Origin: Octopus bimaculoides | Lineage: Eukaryota | Assembly (NCBI RefSeq): GCF_001194135.2 | Contig: NC_068981.1 | Coordinates: 115,838,802 to 115,902,801 of the forward strand | DNA: 64,000 nt | Direction of reading: 5' to 3' | In this document: positions 52,851-64,000 of the stretch, piece after piece | Layout of the letters: each line of letters starts with the position of its first letter | Position numbering within the stretch: the stretch's first letter is position 1 | Made by a program: the position numbers and the translations under genes | Notes under the pieces: model-generated | What the model was told of the DNA's origin: nothing | Seen by the model: the letters and a program-made list of their open reading frames with translations, nothing else | Databases searched by the model: none

Positions 52851-53959
52851 GAGTATATCAGCTAAATGATTGATATAAAAAACATGAACAAAAGTTCAAT
52901 TTTCATCAATGATAATCAAATCATCTATGATCTATGACTCTTTCAAATGCTTCGTTTTAGTTTATTTTTGCTTATGTACTAAACTGAGTTCTACCCTTGA
53001 TAAATTAAATAAAGGCAAATTATGCCAACATATTAGAGTCTCAACTCCTCAGTTATAGAGTTCAAACTATTTTCACTTACAGACAGAGACAGAAATTTTC
53101 TGCCGGTGGCTACTGATTAAATTGTAGGAAAAAAAGGTTGAAAGAAAAGTAAAATTTGTCCAAAAATCGAACTTACCGCGGCACGTGTATAAATAATCAT
53201 ACATGTTATTACCACTTTTGATTAAAACAACTGAGTCCCTATATTTTTTTAATTTAAAGTCCAGCACTATTTTGGTGTAAATCAATCATTTTCTTATTTT
53301 ATAGCATTTTGTCACTTTCTATTTATTTCTCTTCCTCTCTCTGTTCCTACCCTTCTTTCTCTCTTTCTCTCTGTCTCTTCCTCTGTATCTCTCCTTCTCA
53401 ATCATTGCATGGAAGTTGGGAATGATGCAAAGAAATATGTATACAGGAATAACATAATAATTGTAATAAATAAAATAACTAAATAATATTCATTCAAAGA
53501 TCTAAGAGATTTCAACATTTCAATCTCAACGTAGCACTTAGTGATCCGGGAGTGGTAGTATAACCCCTCCCAGAAGTCAACGCATAAAAGGGAGCCATTT
53601 GAGAGGAATCTCATAAAACGTGAAAGCCATAACTTTTTCACTGAATGTCTCAGAGTAAATTTTGGTAGAAAGAAATGGCTATATACTCTCTTGTTATTCT
53701 TTTTATTGATGCTGTGACAGAAGAGAGCATCGTACAAACTACATTGTGATACTTAGTTACGGCTCTTTTCAATCTAAGTACAGATACCACTATTTTCACC
53801 TTTGCCTTTCATTCTTCTGCGGTCAATAAAATAAAGTACTAGTCAAGTACTGGGATTGATTTCATCAGCCAGGCGCACGCACACCCATTAAATCTTTGGC
53901 TTTGTGCTGATGTTAGAAATTGTTAATATTATTATCACTCTTTCAGGAGGTCGAATTTA

Positions 53960-55100
53960 TATTAATATTTTATTTTCTATTTCAACAGCCTTTCCCAGGA
54001 TATAAGCTTCTGAAAAATTTCGCAATCCTTGCTTTAGCTTTGGTTGTTACAGTCAAGGCACCCACTACTACTATGACTTCACCATTTTCATATTTTGTAA
54101 ATTTTTCTCTTCAAGTTTTCATGCTCCTCAAACTTTTCCTTTTCTGTTTCAAGTATTTCATTTTACGATCCTCTGGTGATGCTTCATCGACTATCGCAAA
54201 TTTTTTCTCCTTTTCAACCATAAAAATATCATTTCTTCACTCATGAATCCTGTGATCACATTGGATGTGTTGAAACCCCACAGTAGTTTCACTTCATTTG
54301 ATTCTACAGGGAGTTTCACCAGCTTCCTGTTCTGCATTCTCACATAACTTTTTGTTTCTCACATAACTTCCTGACAATGTTATCATGTCTCTTCTTGTGT
54401 TCTATTTATGCTCATGTACAACATGGCATACTATTATTCCTTTCATTCCACATAGATTACTTAATGGAGACTATAATCTTGACGAAATTATAACTCATAT
54501 AATTAATTCTGAGAGATTGTTTTTGTGCTGCGCATATTAAAATTTTGGTCTAAATCTTAAGGACTGGTCTTCATATCCATTACAATAATGCTTCCTTGTC
54601 TACTCTTCTTTCCATGCATCAATATTTCCTCCATTTTTCTGTCTCTTCTATCATTTTCCAGCTTATTAGCATATGACACCAATTTTCCTCTCCTTAAAAT
54701 CAGTACAACATGCTTCTTGATCACGAAGTCCATTCGGATATCTTTATTGAATATGAGAACTACATTTACCAGTACATTTATTTGGTATGTGCTGCTCAGT
54801 CATTGATGTGTTTACCGATCTAAAATTACTAATTCATAGTCCATTGCAGTTGCACAAGATGTTAATGATATATTATTTCAAGTTTACAAAATAATATTCA
54901 GAGTTGATGATAAGAAAATCATTTAGCTTCATTTGAATTCCAAGGTGATCTGTTATTTTCTAGTTGCTAGTGGCAGTACATTCCATATTTGGGATCATTG
55001 TGTGTTCCATCCAGCTTTTCCCACGATTATTACTAAATGGAATTAGATAAAGTTTCAAGCAGTTTATAAGAGTAAATTGAAAGCATTTCAACTTCTGTAA
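53960..55100 (-). mobile_element. Old RLE-type (Dong-like) LINE 3' fragment
   Basis: RRHDNIV, SNEVKLLWGFN, IVDEASPEDRK, VIVVVGAL on the minus strand in broken frames. Confidence 0.6.
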
Positions 55101-55404
55101 AATATTTTTGAGAGTATATACGTAAACTGAAAAACAGTGGAAACACAATATATTACATTGAGCAATCTGAAAGAGAATGGAAACACAATAGTTTAGATTT
55201 TTTGTTTCTTGCCAACACTTCAGGGTATAGCGAGAATAATATATAAAAAGCGAGAAATAAAAAAAAAATTATATGTGTGTATGCATCTATGAATTTATAC
55301 AAAGAAATTTGATTACAATTTCTTATAAATGCTCTTATTCAAATAAGAATAGAGATTCTGTAATCATTAGTGTTAATATGAATATACTTTGGTGAATACA
55401 AATG

Positions 55405-55440
<36 letters not shown>

Positions 55441-55879
55441 CGTGTGCTAGTATGATATGGATTGCGAAACGACACATAAACGTAGAGATTCAAAAATAAA
55501 TCCAGGGATTTTGCCTATAATATTCAACTCAATTTATACATGCAATTATGTGTGCAGTTGTAATTGTTGTTGACGTTGGAGTTATTTATTGTTGTTGTCG
55601 TCGTTGTTGTTGTTGGTGCTGCGATTGTTATACATATTAGGTTATGATCAGCTCTGTCTTTAAGAGGATATCCGTGACCAGTGAACATATACTGATGGAT
55701 AGGATGGTAGAGGTGTGGTTGCAGAGAATAGACAAATGAGGTATTCCGACGTACAGGACAAGACACAGTTCATCACTTTGCAGGTGCGACAATGTAAGGC
55801 TCTAGTAGTAAAGATTCCACAGTAACATGCTGGATAAGAGTCGTAGAGTTACTTATCTCACCTTAGTTATTGTTATAAC

Positions 55880-56900
55880 CGACCCAGAAATATGGGAAGG
55901 TCCGAAATTTGCTGCAGGTGCAAAACTCCTTACCTCTTTAAGTTTATTAAGTGATAGCTATTATAATTTCCATCACCTGTTTAGTGTGGATTCCACAGGC
56001 ACGCTTCTCACACTGAGAGGGTTGGGTGCTCCTTACCACTAACCCCTTGAAACTATAGTTAACCTTACTACCGGCTAGATTGTGAACATATTCAGCTAGT
56101 GATAGAGAGAACCTAATTCTCGTGTTGGAAAAATAATGTTAATGCACTGCGGATATTTCATAGTGGCGCCTATGCAGAACTTACTATTACTGTGGGTTTC
56201 CATTGCATACTTATACATTACCTCTGGTTGAACCTAGTGTCTTTCCAAGAGGGATTTCGTAGGCATTTTGAAGTTACACCCTGGAGTTGACCTGGTCTAA
56301 GTGTCCACTCATTGTTCGGCTCTTAGTAAAGTTGATTGAGGAGCCGCTTGGTTAGCACAACTAAGGTCCAGTTCCATTCAATGCGTTGGTATTTCCCGTA
56401 CACCTCCACCATTGCGGTTATTCTTGTTGCCGTGGTTTTTTTGGAGCGGGTTCCATGGTGTGCTTTCTTACATGGGACATAAAGTTGACAAGAAAGGGAG
56501 AGACGAGTGTGCTACGTGACCTGTGTGGAAGTAGCACGGAACAAGCCAATTCAAAGAATCTAATGTCACAAATAGATAGAGAAATGACAGGGAGGGGTAA
56601 CTGAAAGCCTCTAGGGCAGCTACTGTAGTGTGTGGGTGACTGAATCGTGTTAATCAGTCTGGTTACCTAGCTTTTGTCTGGATCTGAGGTATCTCTGTGA
56701 GTATGTGTTGCAGCAGCACCACCCCAGTCACCGAAGTATTACTCCATTGTGTGTTTTGCCTGTGATCTTTAAAAGGTTAGCAGTTCTTAGGAGACGAAGT
56801 ATTTTCTGATACAGAAGAGGAAACACATTCTTCATGATGCAGCCTTCGCTATACTGAAGATATGATTCACAAAGAGAGAGACCTTCAGTGATGCAGAGAC
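55880..56900 (-). mobile_element. Highly decayed Penelope-like fragment
   Basis: Minus-strand remnants SKFCIGAT (GIY-YIG), SLAEYVHNL, NKLKEV; weaker RT C-terminal similarity upstream. Confidence 0.5.
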
Positions 56901-56969
56901 CGAGCATTTGAGACAATGTTGAGTCTTCTACTTACGTGTTGTTCATATTTTCTTCATACATGTTGTGAT

Positions 56970-57175
56970 ATGTGGGGCGGCGAACAGGAAGAATCGTTAG
57001 AACGCCGGGCAAAATGTTTAGCGCATATCATCCATTTTTACGTTCTGAGTTCAAATTCGACCTAGGTCAACTTTACCTTTCATCCTTTGGGGTTGATAAA
57101 ATAAGTACCAGTCGAGGTAACTGATTAGCCCCCCCGCCCGAATTTACTAGCTTGTCTGCCAAAATTTGAAACCGA
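56970..57175 (+). mobile_element. SINE family A
   Basis: GGCGGCGAAC..GAATCGTTAGAACGCCGGGCAAAATG..TTTTACGTTCTGAGTTCAAATTCG. Confidence 0.85.
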
Positions 57176-58163
57176 TATATATAGTAATTATTCCTCTGTG
57201 CTTAACTTAGAAGATATTTTCAGGCTTCATGGTCGTAGTCATTATAAATTTAGTAAGACTGTATGGAGGTGACACTTGGGTGCAGAAGGTTAAGAAGGTA
57301 TGAGGAGTGTTTTGTGCTTTGATTATTCAAGTTGACGGCAAGCAAATTATTAATGTTGTGGCATGCAAAACTGAGCATTCTGAGATACAAGAGTTAATAA
57401 ATGCCAAAATATGTGTTATCGATGTTTTGATATCAAAATAGCGAAATGGGAATTGCAATGTTCAGGTCTTTTGCTAGGAAAGAAATGTGAATGCAATCAC
57501 CACACCTGGGAATCATTGCGGGTTCGTCGAGTACGAACACCAATTACATTCCCCACCTCCTCATACACATACGCACACACAAATTCATGCTAACAAACAC
57601 TCTAATATATGCATACTCATAGTCATACTCAAGCATACATGAAGTAATGTCATTTCAATAATAGAGTAAAATTTACCACGCATTGGCACTTATGTATTGA
57701 AATATTTCCGTGATACAAACGAAGTAATAAAATAAGAACATATTCATAAACAAAGAGATATTTTATATTGTACAGCCGCATAACTCTTAAGGAATTTAGT
57801 TTATCGGATCATTTACGGTGTGTGTGACACCCAGTGTGTATGTTCTTGTTTTGACTTGATTTTTAACGTCATTGTCAGATAAGCTGTTGTTAACACTGGT
57901 GTCTTTTGTTGCACTTAAATCCCGAGTAATGCATTATACTGCTCTTATTGTTGTTTTTACTCTTCCTGTTGCTGTTGTGGTTTTTTTTTTATTATCTGCT
58001 TCTATTACTTGACAATGTATGGGTAGGCTGCAATATGGAAGTGCCAGATATCTCTCTTCAGACTGCTAAACTTACTTCTAACGTCTTCTTCCGTACCCAT
58101 TCCTCTCTCTGTCTCTCACCAGTTCTTTTTTGTCTATACGTTGATACACACATACATGCAACT

Positions 58164-58194
<31 letters not shown>

Positions 58195-60544
58195 CACACG
58201 CATATACATATGTAGGGGAAGCAAACAAACAACAAATAAAACAATCAGAGAAAAGAATAGTGCTTGCGTTTGCATTGTTAAGCTCTTTGCATGCAAATTG
58301 GGCTACACTGGTTCAATGCCCGGTACCTGCGGTTTATATTAGTAATCAGTTATCTGAAGATTAATTGATTGCGCCAATCAGAATTGATTATGTTACATCA
58401 GATATATAATGATGACTATATTGTTTGAATCAGTGTAATTTCGTAATCTCTAAGCAGATCTACAGCGAGAAAGGGTTCAACCGAATGATTAGGTGTAGAA
58501 GGGTGGATGTCATCATATGCTATATATTCTCCTCTCTCTAGGTTGTTCCTGTAAGGTTCTAAGTCTGGTAGATCCCACATTGTTATTTTAGTTAATAGAT
58601 GATCAAATTACAAAGGATCATCTATACTAGTATTAATCTTGTTTGAACTGGTTTACTTTGTGCTATTATAGTGGTCAGATGCACAGCGGATGGGAATATT
58701 CTTTGAAAATCAACGGAAAAAATTTATGGTCAACTGTTTGCAAATCTGTGGATTCCTCACCCAGATTTATAAATTTACTCTTTTACTCATAATCATTGGT
58801 ACAGCTGGTTGTATTATTAAATGTTTAAGTTGAAATCTGAAAAATAATAAAACAAAATGGGTGTTTCAGATAAGGAAATAGACCAGCTACTTTCATTGAT
58901 GTTCTGTAAATTCCAAAAATGGGGCTTTGTTTCTTTGTTAAAGACCAACTGGTTCTTTGTAGAAAGAATTTTAAAAAGTTCAAAAGACAGGCGCACAAAT
59001 ATACACGTATGGATATAATATGAGAATGTATTAAATGATGATTGTCTATTTATATGCAGTTGGTATAACTCTGAAACGACAACCAAAGAGATACCTAGAG
59101 TCTTGGTATATAAGGAAAGTAGCTATTCAGAGTAAAAAAAAAGCAGCAATATAAGCGGAATGAGAGTTTTATCTAGCAAAAGTAAATATTGCTGCAAAAA
59201 ATTAAAAATGCGTTATTGGCAGAGAAACAACAGTTTTTGTCTTTATTTTTGCTTTTATTTGTTCAAGCGTCATATGCAAAGCTGTCTCATTAAATTTTTC
59301 CAATACCAAATGTGATTCAAGGTAATGACTGAAGAAACAAACAGGATAGGAGGAAGTTCAGAATGGATGAAACAATTTTTAATCTGAAGTAAAAGTAATA
59401 GACGTCAGAAAACTTATGACAGTATGGCCTGTACATAGAAAGGTGTTTCATTGTTCCTTACTAATATTTGCCGGGATCTCTACATTTGCCAAAACTACCC
59501 TCGCGACCATCTCCATTCTTAGTGAAAGTACACTGATTGCTTCTGATGCTATACATATTTCTAGAGGAATGTTCAATGGACACGGCCGACCTGAACTTCT
59601 ATTAATTTTGTAAAAAACATAAATGTAACCCATAATAATCTGCACTGAAAATATTTACTCTAGAAATATCTACACTGAGTTTAGTACAATGCAGAGAAAC
59701 TGCTAGATTTAATAAAACGATTTTCAGCTGATACTAGGATGATAAAAAAGAAAAAAATTCATATTTTTTAATTAAACGTGAGAAAACTGCTTTCCAGAAA
59801 AAATCACATCAGTGGTTTATCTGTCTCTTGTTCCACACAAGAAACAACGATAGCATGTTCAAGCAGTATTAGATTTAAAGAAATGTGACAAGCAGGGCTT
59901 CCCACAATGCTCTGATTCTACTAGTACGAATATTTCAAATACTTGACAGGAATAAAACGATCTTCGCGTTTAGTGTAGAAACACACAAGATCCTTGCAAC
60001 AACATGAAGCATCAAGACAGAAAGATATTGACAGCCTCTAACTCAGAAGAAACAACAGAGTAAGAGGCTTAAAATCACGCAATAATCGTGTCGTATCGTC
60101 TTATTGAGACAGAACTTGATAAAAAATATCAGAAAAATAACAACGACAATTAAGCCACTATTCAAACGTATGAAGAATTCTTACTTCATGAAAATGTAAT
60201 ATGCAACTCTATAACTGCCGTCGTACCTACCTCAACAATAATCAAGAGACGGGAAAATCTGAAAATTATCAAAAACTTTTGTATGGTTATATTTTTCGAT
60301 ATAGGATCCTGAGAGAACTATTGACAGAGAGTCTAGTCTCTCTTGTAACCGTCAACTTTCCATCAAGTCAAATGTTAGCAGCTATGAGCTATTGTTTAAG
60401 AGTGGGTGATAGCTATGAATTTCTTGTTGAATAAAAGAAGCAGTGAAATCATTCAAATTTTAAGATGAAGAAAATGTTGAATCTTTCATTTGTAAAGTAG
60501 CGTTGTCCATCTTGCTAAATCATAAAAAAGTTCAAAATGTTTTT

Positions 60545-60710
60545 AATACTGGTTTCAAATTTTGGCAGAAGGCCAGTAATTTCGGTGTGGGTTAAGTCGA
60601 TTACATCAACTCCCGTGCTTAACTGGTACTTGTTTCATCGAACCCGAAAAAATAAAAGTCAAAGTCAACCTCGGTGGAATTTGAACTCAGAACGTAAAGA
60701 CGAACGCCGT
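60545..60710 (-). mobile_element. SINE family A lacking the 5' head
   Basis: GTCAACCTCGGTGGAATTTGAACTCAGAACGTAAAGACG; similarity stops near 60706. Confidence 0.8.
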
Positions 60711-62964
60711 TACTATTAAAATGTATAATAAGTAACACTCCTTGACAATGTCAAATTGCACCTAAAATTTACCTCTCAAGGCCAGGCCAAAAAACTATTA
60801 GCATTTTAGCCCAATATTATTTTCTTACTTAATTTGTTTTATTTAGTGTATCTTTTATTTTAAATTTCTGCATCATGTTTTCGTCACTAAAAGATTATCA
60901 ATGAATTTAAATTACACCTATGAGGTATCAGCTCTGAACCGGTATATGTGAGAGATAGGGTCTGTTAACTTATAAAAGCATATCTATTCCAACAGATGGC
61001 TTTTATGTAGTTTCTTTTTTATTACAGAGATAAAAAAAATGTCTCCCACACTTGACTTGAAAGCATTATAATTTGAAACAATAAACAAGGTCATAAGTGG
61101 AGAAAACAAAACAAGACAAAACCGGCTACAAATAAAATAAGAAAAAAATCTAGTCTGTGTGTACAAGATAGAGATCTCCTAGAAACTAAGCTGATTTACA
61201 GTAAAACAATACATTTTAAGCAACATCTGAAATAAAGACCAGTTAACTGTCATGGCCTTCTTGAAATTTATAGACAAAAAACACGGTTTCTTTTTCTCTC
61301 TTTCTGTACCTTTGTTACTTTTGTTTTACACACACACTCATGCATACACACGTGTTTGTGTGTGTGTTTGTTTGTGGTAAAACATTGGATCCGAGGAAAT
61401 TAGTCCAAAAAAGAATACAGTAAAGTTAATAAATTTGCATATGGCTTGTCCTTTTCGGGGAGAAGAGGAATTTGACGCTTTGGGATAACCCTTCATTATT
61501 TTATTGGATTGCTGCAGAGCAAGGTTTAAGGTTAAGGTATTCATCTTCGAAACTCGTTGGCTGCAGAAAGTAGTTTTTCCTTTTCTCTCGGACAAACGCA
61601 GAGTAAAGCTACGTTAGATTTCCGGCACTGTTAATTTCAAAACCTTACGGATTAACCATGTTGCCGAATTAGAAGGTATTCACCATCGGTGCAAACACTT
61701 TAAGCTTGAATTAAATAAATATTAAATGTACTTAGATAATTGAATGAAATTCACTTCCCAGTGGGTCAGTATTAATGGCATAAGTTTATTAGTACTGGAC
61801 TGAACAAGATTATGTACTGTTGCACTATGCAGTTAGCTGTATCATTGAAACAGGATTAATTAAACAAGAAGTTAAAGGAAGCAGCAGAAGAAGTGTGTGT
61901 AGGTGTTGCAAAGTTAAAGAGTGAGTAGCGGTCAAGCAGAAATAGTGGGTGAAAGTGAGAGTAGTAAAGGAGTGATTCAAATGTGCCAATCGAAACGAGG
62001 GGTATCGAAATATAGAACGATGTATAAGTGAATGAGTAAGTGAGTGAGTGAGTGTGTGGGAAGAACCGTTGTGTGGGGGTATGTCTGTGTGTGTGTGAAC
62101 ATGTGTTGATAACTGAAGGGTGTGACTGGATAAAAAGTAGAAGGCCCGTCGATGCTGGTTTCTTTACATCCCCGTAACTTAGTAGTTCGGTAAAAGTGAA
62201 CAATACAATAAGTGCCAAGATTTAAACACACACACACACACACACATGGCCGTAGTCAAATGACTGAAACAAGTAAAATAACATATGTATATATATATAT
62301 ATATACACACGCGCACACACACACTCACACACAAACACACACACACAAGAGTGGCAGTGGGCATGCATGCATGTGAGCAATGTGTGTCTACCTATGTAAA
62401 TACGAGGTATAGATGGTTAGGCATGTATCTGGATTTCAGTATATGTGTATGTGTGTTTATATGTGGAGCAGGTGTTGTGTGAGTGTGTGAGTGTCTGCAT
62501 TCTGATATGATTGTACTTGTTTCGGAAACAAAATGGTATGAGAATAGAGCGGTGTTTATGCGTGTGTATATGCAGGTATAAGCCGAATGTGAGGGGAAGT
62601 GGAGAAGGGTAGCAGAAGGAGAAGGTGCGCAATTCATGGCAGGTGAAGTTAGGAAGTGCAAGTTGGAAAAAGTGAGAGAGTGAATTTACACCCAAAAGCG
62701 TGTAAGTTTTGAGAAAGATGAGGTTGTAATATTTATGCAAACGAGTTGCAGGTAAAGCCAAAGACCGAGATGTCGGATGGAGTAGTCAGTGGAGGGAAAT
62801 ATCGAAAACGACGCAACACGTTGATAAAGTAATTTCAGAAGCTACCTACCGATGTACTTCGACGTCACTGTCGACATTTTCCATCTACAAATAAATGTAC
62901 TACTCCAGATGTATTGAGTGAACCTTCGATGAATGTTTGGCAGATTTTGTAAATAGTTATATTA

Positions 62965-63490
62965 GTCGTGGTAGGAAGCTTGTTTCCCAACTGCATGGTT
63001 TCAGGTTCAATCTCACTGCGTGGCATCTTGGGTAAGTGTCTCCACTATAACCCCAGGCCGATCAATGCCTTGTGAGTAGATTTGGTGGACGGAAACTGAA
63101 AGAAGCCTGTCATATGTACATATATATATATATATANNNNNNNNNNNNNNNNNNNNNNNNNNNNNNNNNNNNNNNNNNNNNNNNNNNNNNNNNNNNNNNN
63201 NNNNNNNNNNNNNNNNNNNNNNNNNNNNNNNNNNNNNNNNNNNNNNNNNNNNNNNNNNNNNNNNNNNNNNNNNNNNNNNNNNNNNNNNNNNNNNNNNNNN
63301 NNNNNNNNNNNNNNNNNNTACTGGTGTGCTTACGTTCACGTAACGAAGCGGTTCGGCAAAAGATCCCGTAGAATAAGTACCAGGCTTCAAAACAATAGGT
63401 ACTGAGCTCGATTAATTTGACTAAAAATTCTTCAAGGATGCGTCCCAGCATGGCTGCAGTCTAATGACTGAAACAGATAAAAGATAAAAA
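62965..63490 (+). mobile_element. SINE family B, full length, with internal (TA)n and an assembly gap
   Basis: tRNA-like head (GTGGTAGGAAGCTTG..CAGGTTCAATCTCACTGC), CORE-like CTTGGGTAAGTG, GACGGAAACTGAAAGAAGCC, 3' tail TGACTGAAACAGATAAAAGATAAAAA. Confidence 0.8.
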
Positions 63491-63574
63491 TATACATCAA
63501 TGCGTGCAGTCTGTCTGTCTGTCAGTACGTCGTCTGAGAGAAAAAGAGAGGGAGGGAGAGGGAGAGAGACAGGG

Positions 63575-63669
<95 letters not shown>

Positions 63670-64000
63670 CATGCATATATTTGAACAAGTAAGTAAGTAT
63701 ATTTCACCGAGTTAGTAGGAAAATAAGGACCCATTGTTAGCCAAGCATTATGTACAAGCTTTACAAAAGCCGTTTCACCAATTCATCCAGAATCATTGTC
63801 TTCAACAACAGTGACAGATGGAAAAAGTATGTGTTAGGGTGTGTCAAATAATTTTGATGAACAAAGCTATGCTTTCCGAAGGAAGAAGGCATCGCAGAAA
63901 CCTTGTGATATCATAGCATTCAACTATATTCCCGGCTACTGAAGTCTCTATACATGGCAATAGGTACCTGTTAGCTTAATTGCTATAACTGAGAAGCTCA

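Noticed and set aside
56935-56970. Minus-strand GTAAGT donor-like site
   Set aside because: Bordered by a SINE and a Penelope remnant; no acceptor or open exon.
60303-60410. Possible terminal exon DPERTIDRESSLSCNRQ...
   Set aside because: Short, no homology and no upstream partner identified.
61338-61600. 85-aa minus-strand ORF and an alternative short frame
   Set aside because: No recognisable domain, ends in (CA)n, and weak splice signals.
63740-63826. Ser/Thr-rich candidate exon with a GTATGT donor
   Set aside because: Weak acceptor and no corroboration.

Overview
AT-rich, microsatellite-saturated animal DNA from a gapped short-read assembly (many N runs; an Illumina adapter 3' end at 29187-29202). 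The SINE and microsatellite make-up suggests an octopus or other cephalopod; this is inference, not a database match. I recognise no host protein-coding gene: nearly all long ORFs in the track come from microsatellites or N runs, and only a few weak candidate exons remain. The window is mostly decayed mobile elements: a near-full-length Tx1/L1-type LINE plus two 3' fragments, two groups of restriction-like-endonuclease (RLE, R4/Dong/NeSL-type) LINEs, at least five Penelope-like fragments (some with hammerhead-ribozyme motifs), a Tc1/mariner remnant, a hAT-like end, a foldback MITE and many tRNA-derived SINEs. Most interesting signals: (1) four copies of one RLE-LINE family, each truncated at a different point, all abut (CATA)n at the 5' junction, suggesting microsatellite targeting; (2) the Tx1-type LINE splits a tRNA-derived SINE between its A and B boxes with a ~12-bp duplication, suggesting SINE/tRNA-like targeting; (3) a long-TIR foldback element with an 8-bp TSD carries (TTAGGG)n and sits inside a Penelope element; (4) a perfect 274-bp inverted duplication.
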